From positions 29,090-93,089 of the forward strand of contig JBHGNT010000093.1 of assembly GCA_043228905.1 (NCBI GenBank): 64,000 nucleotides of DNA, in the 5' to 3' direction. The translations under genes were made by a program, and so were the position numbers. The notes under the pieces are model-generated. The model was not told the origin of the DNA and made no database searches. It was given only the letters and a program-made list of their open reading frames with translations. Shown in pieces: positions 42,401 through 55,200 of the stretch (positions within the stretch are counted from its first letter, which is position 1; the number at the start of each line of letters is the position of its first letter). The DNA is from Azolla caroliniana. Taxonomy: Eukaryota; Plantae; Polypodiophyta.

Positions 42401-45400
42401 ACTCCCTCCTCTAATTTGCTAATTTATTCATGTCTCTCGACCTGAGTTTCAAAATCTTGATTTTTTAATTCCATATTATAGCTAGCTTTGTTAGCTTCGA
42501 TTCGCATGTTTGAACACAAAAATCCGATATCACACGAGCCAGGCATGAACATTTTAATTTACTCACGGGCTCTTCTCCACTCCCTCCTCAAATTTGGTAA
42601 TTTCGTCATGTCTCTCGACCTGAGTTTCAAAATCTTGATTTTTTAATTCCATATTATAGCTACCGTTGTTAGCTTCGATCCGCATGTTTGAACACAAAAA
42701 TCCGATATTACACGAGCCAGGTATGAACATTTTCATTAACTCAAGGGCTCCTCTCAACTCACTCCTCATGTTTGCTAATTTCGTCATGTCTCTCGACCTG
42801 AGTTTCAAAATCTTCAAATTTTTAATTCCATATCATAGCTAGCGTTGTTAGCTTCGAATCGCATGTTTGAACACAAAAATCCGATATCACACGCGCCAGG
42901 TATGAACATTTTCATTTACCTGTTCGCTTCGTTTCGCATGTTTTCATTTACTCAAGGGCTCCTCTCAACTCACTACTCAAATTCGGTAATTTCATCATGT
43001 CTCTCGACCTGAGTTTCAAAATCTTGATTTTTTAATTCCATATCATAGCTAGCGTTGTTAGCTTCGAATCGCATGTTTGAACACAAAAATCCGATATCAC
43101 ACGCGCCAGGTATGAACATTTTCATTTACCTGTTCGCTTCGTTTCGCATGTTTTTATTTACTCAAGGGCTCCTCTCAACTCACTACTCAAATTCGGTAAT
43201 TTCGTGATGTCTCTCGACCTGAGTTTCAAAATCTTCATTTTTTAATTCCATATCATAGCTAGTGTTGTTAACTTCGATTCGCATGTTTGAACACAAAAAT
43301 CCGATATCACACGAGCCAGGTATGAACATTTTCATTTACCTACTAGCTCTTCTCAACTCACTCCTCAAATTTGGTAATTTCGTCATGTCTCTCGACCTGA
43401 GTTCCAAAATCTTGATTTCTTAATTCCATATCATAACTAGCGTTGTTAGCTTCGAATCGCATGTTTGAACACAAAAATCCGATATCACACGCGCCAGGTA
43501 TGAACATTTTCATTTACCTGTTCGCTTCGTTTCGCATGTTTTCATTTACTCAAGGGCTCCTCTCAACTCACTACTCAAATTCGGTAATTTCGTCATGTCG
43601 CTCGACCTGAGTTTCAAAATCTTCATTTTTTAATTCCATATCATAGCTAGCGTTGTTAACTTCGTTTCGCATGTTTGAACACAAAAATCCGATATCACAC
43701 GAGCCAGGTATGAACATTTTCATTTACCTACTAGCTCTTCTCAACTCACTCCTCAAATTTGGTAATTTCGTCATGTCTCTCGACCTGAGTTTCGAAATCT
43801 TGATTTTTTAATTCTATATCATAGCTATCTTTGTTTGCTTCGATTCGCATGTTTGAACACAAAAATCCGATATCACACGAGCCAGGTAGGAACATTTTCA
43901 TTTCCGAACGGGCTCTTCTCCACTCCCTCCTCTAATTTGCTAATTTATTCATGTCTCTCGACCTGAGTTTCAAAATCTTGATTTTTTAATTCCATATCAT
44001 CGCTAGCGATGTTAGCTTCGATTCGCATGTTTGAACACAAATATCCGACATCACGCAAGCCAGGTATGAACATTTTAATTTACTCAAGGGCTCCTCGCAA
44101 TTCACTCCTCAAATTTGGTAATTTCATCATGTCTCTCGACCTGAGTTTCAAAATCTTGATTTTTTAATTCCATATCATAGCTAGCGTTGTTAGCTTCGAT
44201 TCGCATGTTTGAACACAAAAATGCGATATCACCCGAGCCAGGTATGAACATTTTGATTCACTCAAGGGCTCCTCTAACCTCCATCCTCATGTTTGCTAAT
44301 TTCGTCATGTCTCTTGACTTGAGTTTCAAAATCTTGATTTTTTAATTCCATATTATAGCTAACGTTGTTAGCTTCGATTCACATGTTTGAACACAAAAAT
44401 CCGATATCACACGAGCCAGGTAGGAACATTTTCATTTCCGAACGGGCTCTTCTCCACTCCCTCCTCTAATTTGCTAATTTATTCATGTCTCTCGACCTGA
44501 GTTTCAAAATCTTGATTTTTTAATTCCATATCATCGCTAGCGATGTTAGCTTCGATTCGCATGTTTGAACACAAATATCCGATATTACACGAGCCAGGTA
44601 TGAACATTTTCATTTACTCAAGGGCTCCTCTCAACTCACTCCTCATGTTTGCTAATTTCGTCATGTCTCTCGACCTGAGTTTCAAAATCATGATTTTTTA
44701 ATTCCATATCATAGCTAGCGTTGTTAGCTTCGAATCGCATGTTTGAACACAAAAATCCGATATCACACGAGCCAGGTATGAACATTTTCATTTACCTACT
44801 AGCTCTTCTCAACTCACTCCTCAAATTTGGTAATTTCGTCATGTCTCTCGACCTGAGTTTCGAAATCTTGATTTTTTAATTCTATATCATAGCTATCTTT
44901 GTTTGCTTCGATTCGCATGTTTGAACACAAAAATCCGATATCACACGAGCCAGGTAGGAACATTTTCATTTCCGAACGGGCTCTTCTCCACTCCCTCCTC
45001 TAATTTGCTAATTTATTCATGTCTCTCGACCTGAGTTTCAAAATCTTGATTTTTTAATTCAATATCATCGCTAGCGATGTTAGCTTCGATTCGCATGTTT
45101 GAACACAAATATCCGACATCACGCAAGCCAGGTATGAACATTTTAATTTACTCAAGGGCTCCTCTCAATTCACTCCTCAAATTTGGTAATTTCATCATGT
45201 CTCTCGACCTGAGTTTCAAAATCTTGATTTTTTAATTCCATATCATAGCTAGCGTTGTTAGCTTCGATTCGCATGTTTGAGCACAAAAATGCGATATCAC
45301 CCGAGCCAGGTATGAACATTTTGATTCACTCAAGGGCTCCTCTAACCTCCATCCTCATGTTTGCTAATTTCGTCATGTCTCTTGACTTGAGTTTCAAAAT

Positions 45401-48400
45401 CTTGATTTTTTAATTCCATATTATAGCTAACGTTGTTAGCTTCGATTCACATGTTTGAACACAAAAATCCGATATCACACGAGCCAGGTAGGAACATTTT
45501 CATTTCCGAACGGGCTCTTCTCCACTCCCTCCTCTAATTTGCTAATTTATTCATGTCTCTCGACCTGAGTTTCAAAATCTTGATTTTTTAATTCCATATT
45601 ATAGCTAACGATGTTAGCTTCGATTCGCATGTTTGAACACAAATATCCGATATTACACGAGCCAGGTATGAACATTTTCATTTACTCAAGGGCTCCTCTC
45701 AACTCACTCCTCATGTTTGCTAATTTCGTCATGTCTCTCGACCTGAGTTTCAAAATCATGATTTTTTAATTCCATATCATAGCTAGCGTTGTTAGCTTCG
45801 AATCGCATGTTTGAACACAAAAGTCCGATATCACACGACCCAGGTATGAACATTTTCATTTACTCAAGGGCTCCTCTCAACTCACTACTCATGTTTGCTA
45901 ATTTCGTCATGTCTCTCGACCTGAGTTTCAAAATCTTGATTTTTTAATTCCATATCATAGCTAGCGTTGTTAGGTTCGTTTCGCATGTTTGAACATAAAA
46001 ATCCGATATCACACGAGCCAGGTATGAACATTTAAATTTACTCACGGGCTCCTCTCAACTCACTACTCATGTTTGCTAGTTTCGTCATGTCTCTCGACCT
46101 GAGTTTCAAAATCTTGATTTCTTAATTCCATATCATAACTAGCGTTGTTAGCTTCGAATCGCATGTTTGAACACAAAAATCCGATATCACACGCGCTAGG
46201 TATGAACATTTTCATTTACCTGTTCGCTTCGTTTCGCATGTTTTCATTTACTCAAGGGCTCCTCTCAACTCACTACTCAAATTCGGTAATTTCGTCATGT
46301 CTCTCGACCTGAGTTTCAAAATCTTCATTTTTTAATTCCATATCATAGCTAGTGTTGTTAACTTCGTTTCGCATGTTTGAACACAAAAATCCGATATCAC
46401 ACGAGCCAGGTATGAACATTTTCATTTACCTACTAGCTCTTCTCAACTCACTCCTCAAATTTGGTAATTTCGTCATGTCTCTCGACCTGAGTTCCAAAAT
46501 CTTGATTTCTTAATTCCATATCATAACTAGCGTTGTTAGCTTCGAATCGCATGTTTGAACACAAAAATCCGATATCACACGCGCCAGGTATGAACATTTT
46601 CATTTACCTGTTCGCTTCGTTTCGCATGTTTTCATTTACTCAAGGGCTCCTCTCAACTCACTACTCAAATTCGGTAATTTCGTCATGTCTCTCGACCTGA
46701 GTTTCAAAATCTTCATTTTTTAATTCCATATCATAGCTAGCGTTGTTAACTTCGTTTCGCATGTTTGAACACAAAAATCCGATATCACACGAGCCAGGTA
46801 TGAACATTTTCATTTACCTACTAGCTCTTCTCAACTCACTCCTCAAATTTGGTAATTTCGTCATGTCTCTCGACCTGAGTTTCGAAATCTTGATTTTTGA
46901 ATTCTATATCATAGCTATCTTTGTTTGCTTCGATTCGCATGTTTGAACACAAAAATCCGATATCACACGAGCCAGGTAGGAACATTTTCATTTCCGAACG
47001 GGCTCTTCTCCACTCCCTCCTCTAATTTGCTAATTTATTCATGTCTCTCGACCTGAGTTTCAAAATCTTGATTTTTTAATTCCATATCATCGCTAGCGAT
47101 GTTAGCTTCGATTCGCATGTTTGAACACAAATATCCGACATCACGCAAGCCAGGTATGAACATTTTAATTTACTCAAGGGCTCCTCTCAATTCACTCCTC
47201 AAATTTGGTAATTTCATCATGTCTCTCGACCTGAGTCTCAAAATCTTGATTTTTTAATTCCATATCATAGCTAGCGTTGTTAGCTTCGATTCGCATGTTT
47301 GAACACAAAAACCCGATATCACCCGAGCCAGGTATGAACATTTTGATTCACTCAAGGGCTCCTCTCAACTCCATCCTCATGTTTGCTAATTTCGTCATGT
47401 CTCTTGACCTGAGTTTCAAAATCTTGATTTTTTAATTCCATATTATAGCTAACGTTGTTAGCTTCGATTCACATGTTTGAACACAAAAATCCGATATCAC
47501 CCGAGCCAGGTATGAACATTTTGATTCACTCAAGGGCTCCTCTAACCTCCATCCTCATGTTTGCTAATTTCGTCATGTCTCTTGACCTGAGTTTCAAAAT
47601 CTTGATTTTTTAATTCCATATTATAGCTAACGTTGTTAGCTTCGATTCACATGTTTGAACACAAAAATCCGATATCACACGAGCCAGGTATGAATATTTT
47701 AATTTAGCTACTAGCTCTTCTCAACTCACTCCTCAAATTTGGTAATTTCGTCATGTCTCTCGACCTGAGTTTCAAAATCTTGATTTTTTAATTCGATATT
47801 ATAGCTACCGTTGTTAGCTTCGATTCGCATGTTTGAACACAAAAATCCAATATCACACGAGCCAGGTATGAACATTTTCATTTACTCAAGGGCTCCTCTC
47901 AACTCACTCCTCATGTTTGCTAATTTCGTCATGTCTCTCGACCTGAGTTTGAAAATCTTGATATTTTAATTCCATATAATAGCTAGCGTTGTTAGCTTCT
48001 AATCGCATGTTTGAACACAGAAATCCGATATCACACGCGCCAGGTATGAACATTTTCATTTACCTGTTCGCTTCGTTTCGCATGTTTTCATTTACTCAAG
48101 GGCTCCTCTCAACTCACTACTCAAATTCGGTAATTTCGTCATGTCTCTCGACCTGAGTTTCAAAATCTTCATTTTTTAATTCCATATCATAGCTAGCGTT
48201 GTTAAATTCGTTTCGCATGTTTGAACACAAAAATCCGATATCACACGAGCCAGGTATGAACATTTTCATTTACCTACTAGCTCTTCTCAACTTACTCCTC
48301 AAATTTGCTAATTTCGTCATGTCTCTCGATCTGAGTTTCGAAATCTTGATTTTTTAATTCTATATCATAGCTATCTTTGTTTGCTTCGACTCGCATGTTT

Positions 48401-51400
48401 GAACACAAAAATCCGATATCACACGAGCCAGGTAGGAACATTTTCATTTCCGAACGGGCTCTTCTCCACTCCCTCCTCTAACTTGCTAATTTATTCATGT
48501 CTCTCGACCTGAGTTTCGAAATCTTGATTTTTTAATTCCATATTATAGCTAGCTTTGTTAGCTTCGATTCGCATGTTTGAACACAAAAATCCGATATCAC
48601 ACGAGCCAGGCATGAACATTTTAATTTACTCACGAGCTCTTCTCCACTCCCTCCTCAAATTTGGTAATTTCGTCATGTCTCTCGACCTGAGTTTCAAAAT
48701 CTTGATTTTTTAATTCCATATTATAGCTACCGTTGTTAGCTTCGATCCGCATGTTTGAACACAAAAATCCGATATTACACGAGCCAGGTATGAACATTTT
48801 CATTTACTCAAGGGCTCCTCTCAACTCACTCCTCATGTTTGCTAATTTCGTCATGTCTCTCGACCTGAGTTTCGAAATCTTGATTTTTTAATTCCATATC
48901 ATAGCTAGCGTTGTTAGCTTCGAATCGCATGTTTGAACACAAAAGTCCGATATCACACGAGCCAGGTATGAACATTTTCATTTACTCAAGGGCTCCTCTC
49001 AACTCACTACTCATGTTTGCTAATTTCGTCATGTCTCTCGACCTGAGTTTCAAAATCTTGATTTTTTAATTCCATATCATAGCTAGCGTTGTTAGGTTCG
49101 TTTCGCATGTTTGAACATAAAAATCCGATATCACACGAGCCAGGTATGAACATTTAAATTTACTCACGGGCTCCTCTCAACTCACTACTCATGTTTGCTA
49201 GTTTCGTCATGTCTCTCGACCTGAGTTTCAAAATCTTGATTTCTTAATTCCATATCATAACTAGCGTTGTTAGCTTCGAATCGCATGTTTGAACACAAAA
49301 GTCCGATATCACACGCGCCAGGTATGAACATTTAAATTTACTCACGGGCTCCTCTCAACTCACTACTCATGTTTGCTAGTTTCGTCATGTCTCTCGACCT
49401 GAGTTTCAAAATCTTGATTTCTTAATTCCATATCATAACTAGCGTTGTTAGCTTCGAATCGCATGTTTGAACACAAAAATCCGATATCACACGCGCCAGG
49501 TATGAACATTTTCATTTACCTGTTCGCTTCGTTTCGCATGTTTTCATTTACTCAAGGGCTCCTCTCAACTCACTACTCAAATTCGGTAATTTCGTCATGT
49601 CTCTCGACCTGAGTTTCAAAATCTTCATTTTTTAATTCCATATCATAGCTAGCGTTGTTAAATTCGTTTCGCATGTTTGAACACAAAAATCCGATATCAC
49701 ACGAGCCAGGTATGAACATTTTCATTTACCTACTAGCTCTTCTCAACTTACTCCTCAAATTTGCTAATTTCGTCATGTCTCTCGATCTGAGTTTCGAAAT
49801 CTTGATTTTTTAATTCTATATCATAGCTATCTTTGTTTGCTTCGACTCGCATGTTTGAACACAAAAATCCGATATCACACGAGCCAGGTAGGAACATTTT
49901 CATTTCCGAACGGGGTCTTCTCCACTCCCTCCTCTAACTTGCTAATTTATTCATGTCTCTCGACCTGAGTTTCGAAATCTTGATTTTTTAATTCCATATC
50001 ATAGCTAGCGTTGTTAGCTTCGAATCGCATGTTTGAACACAAAAGTCCGATATCACACGAGCCAGGTATGAACATTTTCATTTACTCAAGGGCTCCTCTC
50101 AACTCACTACTCATGTTTGCTAATTTCGTCATGTCTCTCGACCTGAGTTTCAAAATCTTGATTTCTTAATTCCATATCATAACTAGCGTTGTTAGCTTCG
50201 AATCGCATGTTTGAACACAAAAGTCCGATATCACACGCGCCAGGTATGAACATTTAAATTTACTCACGGGCTCCTCTCAACTCACTACTCATGTTTGCTA
50301 GTTTCGTCATGTCTCTCGACCTGAGTTTCAAAATCTTGATTTCTTAATTCCATATCATAACTAGCGTTGTTAGCTTCGAATCGCATGTTTGAACACAAAA
50401 ATCCGATATCACACGCGCCAGGTATGAACATTTTCATTTACCTGTTCGCTTCGTTTCGCATGTTTTCATTTACTCAAGGGCTCCTCTCAACTCACTACTC
50501 AAATTCGGTAATTTCGTCATGTCTCTCGACCTGAGTTTCAAAATCTTCATTTTTTAATTCCATATCATAGCTAGCGTTGTTAAATTCGTTTCGCATGTTT
50601 GAACACAAAAATCCGATATCACACGAGCCAGGTATGAACATTTTCATTTACCTACTAGCTCTTCTCAACTTACTCCTCAAATTTGCTAATTTCGTCATGT
50701 CTCTCGATCTGAGTTTCGAAATCTTGATTTTTTAATTCTATATCATAGCTATCTTTGTTTGCTTCGACTCGCATGTTTGAACACAAAAATCCGATATCAC
50801 ACGAGCCAGGTAGGAACATTTTCATTTCCGAACGGGCTCTTCTCCACTCCCTCCTCTAACTTGCTAATTTATTCATGTCTCTCGACCTGAGTTTCGAAAT
50901 CTTGATTTTTTAATTCCATATTATAGCTAGCTTTGTTAGCTTCGATTCGCATGTTTGAACACAAAAATCCGATATCACACGAGCCAGGCATGAACATTTT
51001 AATTTACTCACGAGCTCTTCTCCACTCCCTCCTCAAATTTGGTAATTTCGTCATGTCTCTCGACCTGAGTTTCAAAATCTTGATTTTTTAATTCCATATT
51101 ATAGCTACCGTTGTTAGCTTCGATCCGCATGTTTGAACACAAAAATCCGATATTACACGAGCCAGGTATGAACATTTTCATTTCCGAACGGGGTCCTCTC
51201 AACTCACTCCTCATGTTTGCTAATTTCGTCATGTCTCTCGACCTGAGTTTCGAAATCTTGATTTTTTAATTCCATATCATAGCTAGCGTTGTTAGCTTCG
51301 AATCGCATGTTTGAACACAAAAGTCCGATATCACACGAGCCAGGTATGAACATTTTCATTTACTCAAGGGCTCCTCTCAACTCACTACTCATGTTTGCTA

Positions 51401-51454
51401 ATTTCGTCATGTCTCTCGACCTGAGTTTCAAAATCTTGATTTTTTAATTCCATA

Positions 51455-54400
51455 TCATAGCTAGCGTTGTTAGGTTCGTTTCGCATGTTTGAACATAAAA
51501 ATCCGATATCACACGAGCCAGGTATGAACATTTAAATTTACTCACGGGCTCCTCTCAACTCACTACTCATGTTTGCTAGTTTCGTCATGTCTCTCGACCT
51601 GAGTTTCAAAATCTTGATTTCTTAATTCCATATCATAACTAGCGTTGTTAGCTTCGAATCGCATGTTTGAACACAAAAGTCCGATATCACACGCGCCAGG
51701 TATGAACATTTAAATTTACTCACGGGCTCCTCTCAACTCACTACTCATGTTTGCTAGTTTCGTCATGTCTCTCGACCTGAGTTTCAAAATCTTGATTTCT
51801 TAATTCCATATCATAACTAGCGTTGTTAGCTTCGAATCGCATGTTTGAACACAAAAGTCCGATATCACACGCGCCAGGTATGAACATTTTCATTTACCTG
51901 TTCGCTTCGTTTCGCATGTTTTCATTTACTCAAGGGCTCCTCTCAACTCACTACTCAAATTCGGTAATTTCGTCATGTCTCTCGACCTGAGTTTCAAAAT
52001 CTTCATTTTTTAATTCCATATCATAGCTAGCATTGTTAACTTCGTTTCGCATGTTTGAACACAAAAATCCGATATCACACGAGCCAGGTATGAACATTTT
52101 CATTTACCTACAAGCTCTTCTCAACTCACTCCTCAAATTTGGTAATTTCGTCATGTCTCTCGACCTGAGTTTCGAAATCTTGATTTTTTAATTCTATATC
52201 ATAGCTATCTTTGTTTGCTTCGATTCGCATGTTTGAACACAAAAATCCGATATCACACGAGCCAGGTAGGAACATTTTCATTTCCGAACGGGCTCTTCTC
52301 CACTCCCTCCTCTAATTTGCTAATTTATTCATGTCTCTCGACCTGAGTTTCAAAATCTTGATTTTTTAATTCCATATTATAGCTAGCTTTGTTAGCTTCG
52401 ATTCGCATGTTTGAACACAAAAATCCGATATCACACGAGCCAGGCATGAACATTTTAATTTACTCACGGGCTCTTCTCCACTCCCTCCTCTAATTTGCTA
52501 ATTTCTTCATGTCACTCGACCTGAGTTTCAAAATCTTGATTTTTTAATTCCATATCATCGCTAGCGATGTTAGCTTCGATTCGTATGTTTGAACACAAAT
52601 ATCCGACATCGCACGAGCCAGGTATGAACATTTTAATTTACTCAAGGGCTCCTCTCAATTCCCTCCTCAAATTTGGTAATTTCATCATGTCTCTCGACCT
52701 GAGTTTCAAAATCTTGATTTTTTAATTCTATATCATAGCTAGCTTTGTTTGCTTCGATTCGCATGTTTGAACACAAAAATCCGGTATCACACGAGCCAGG
52801 TATGAACATTTTCATTTACTCAAGGGCTCCTCTCAACTCACTCCTCATGTTTGCTAATTTCGTCATGTCTCTCGACCTGAGTTTCAAAATCATGATTTTT
52901 TAATTCCATATCATAGCTAGCGTTGTTAGCTTCGAATCGCATGTTTGAACACAAAAGTCCGATATCACACGACCCAGGTATGAACATTTTCATTTACTCA
53001 AGGGCTCCTCTCAACCCACTACTCATGTTTGCTAATTTCGTCATGTCTCTCGACCTGAGTTTCAAAATCTTGATTTTTTAATTCCATATCATAGCTAGCG
53101 TTGTTAGGTTCGTTTCGCATGTTTGAACATAAAAATCCGATATCACACGAGCCAGGTATGAACATTTAAATTTACTCACGGGCTCCTCTCAACTCACTAC
53201 TCATGTTTGCTAGTTTCGTCATGTCTCTCGACCTGAGTTTCAAAATCTTGATTTCTTAATTCCATATCATGACTAGCGTTGTTAGCTTCGAATCGCATGT
53301 TTGAACACAAAAATCCGATATCACACGCGCCAGGTATGAACATTTTCATTTACCTGTTCGCTTCGTTTCGCATGTTTTCATTTACTCAAGGGCTCCTCTC
53401 AACTCACTACTCAAATTCGGTAATTTCGTCATGTCTCTCGACCTGAGTTTCAAAATCTTCATTTTTTAATTCCATATCATAGCTAGCGTTGTTAACTTCG
53501 TTTCGCATGTTTGAACACAAAAATCCGATATCACACGAGCCAGGTATGAACATTTTCATTTACCTACTAGCTCTTCTCAACTCACTCCTCAAATTTGGTA
53601 ATTTCGTCATGTCTCTCGACCTGAGTTTCGAAATCTTGATTTTTTAATTCTATATCATAGCTATCTTTGTTTGCTTCGATTCGCATGTTTGAACACAAAA
53701 ATCCGATATCACACGAGCCAGGTAGGAACATTTTCATTTCCGAACGGGCTCTTCTCCACTCCCTCCTCTAATTTGCTAATTTATTCATGTCTCTCGACCT
53801 GAGTTTCAAAATCTTGATTTTTTAATTCCATATTATAGCTAGCTTTGTTAGCTTCGATTCGCATGTTTGAACACAAAAATCCGATATCACACGAGCCAGG
53901 CATGAACATTTTAATTTACTCACGGGCTCTTCTCCACTCCCTCCTCTAATTTGCTAATTTCTTCATGTCACTCGACCTGAGTTTCAAAATCTTGATTTTT
54001 TAATTCCATATCATCGCTAGCGATGTTAGCTTCGATTCGTATGTTTGAACACAAATATCCGACATCGCACGAGCCAGGTATGAACATTTTAATTTACTCA
54101 AGGGCTCCTCTCAATTCCCTCCTCAAATTTGGTAATTTCATCATGTCTCTCGACGTGAGTTTCAAAATCTTGATTTTTTAAATCTATATCATAGCTAGCT
54201 TTGTTTGCTTCGATTCGCATGTTTGAACACAAAAATCCGGTATCACACGAGCCAGGTATGAACATTTTCATTTACTCAAGGGCTCCTCTCAACTCACTCC
54301 TCATGTTTGCTAATTTCGTCATGTCTCTCGACCTGAGTTTCAAAATCATGATTTTTTAATTCCATATCATAGCTAGCGTTGTTAGCTTCGAATCGCATGT

Positions 54401-55200
54401 TTGAACACAAAAGTCCGATATCACACGACCCAGGTATGAACATTTTCATTTACTCAAGGGCTCCTCTCAACCCACTACTCAAATTTGGTAATTTCGTCAT
54501 GTCTCTCGACCTGAGTTTCAAAATCTTGATTTTTTAATTCCATATCATAGCTAGCGTTGTTAGGTTCGTTTCGCATGTTTGAACATAAAAATCCGATATC
54601 ACACGAGCCAGGTATGAACATTTAAATTTACTCACGGGCTCCTCTCAACTCACTACTCATGTTTGCTAGTTTCGTCATGTCTCTCGACCTGAGTTTCAAA
54701 ATCTTGATTTCTTAATTCCATATCATAACTAGCGTTGTTAGCTTCGAATCGCATGTTTGAACACAAAAATCCGATATCACACGCGCCAGGTATGAACATT
54801 TTCATTTACCTGTTCGCTTCGTTTCGCATGTTTTCATTTACTCAAGGGCTCCTCTCAACTCACTACTCAAATTCGGTAATTTCGTCATGTCTCTCGACCT
54901 GAGTTTCAAAATCTTCATTTTTTAATTCCATATCATAGCTAGCGTTGTTAGGTTCGTTTCGTATGTTTGAACACAAAAATCCGATATCACACGAGCCAGG
55001 TATGAACATTTTCATTTACCTACTAGCTCTTCTCAACTCACTCCTCAAATTTGGTAATTTCGTCATGTCTCTCGACCTGAGTTTCGAAATCTTGATTTTT
55101 TAATTCTATATCATAGCTATCTTTGTTTGCTTCGATTCGCATGTTTGAACACAAAAATCCGATATCACACGAGCCAGGCATGAACATTTTAATTTACTCA
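51455..55200. repeat. About 2.5 copies of an 8-monomer, 1,456-bp higher-order repeat
   Basis: Insertions at 51898, 53354 and 54810 are 1,456 bp apart (7 x 178 + 210), with the same monomer order between them (e.g. GACATCGCACG about 52605/54061; ATCCGGTATC about 52779/54235). Boundaries are approximate. Confidence 0.85.

Noticed and set aside
41960-42825. Single-base indels (CCGTATC at about 41961; TCTTCAAATTTTT at about 42815)
   Set aside because: These are singletons and cannot be told apart from consensus errors without reads.
23350-51232. Nine short ORFs (61-102 aa) in the supplied track
   Set aside because: All are translations of the satellite monomer where a SNP or deletion removes a stop codon. 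They occur on both strands, overlap in different frames, and resemble no protein I recognise.
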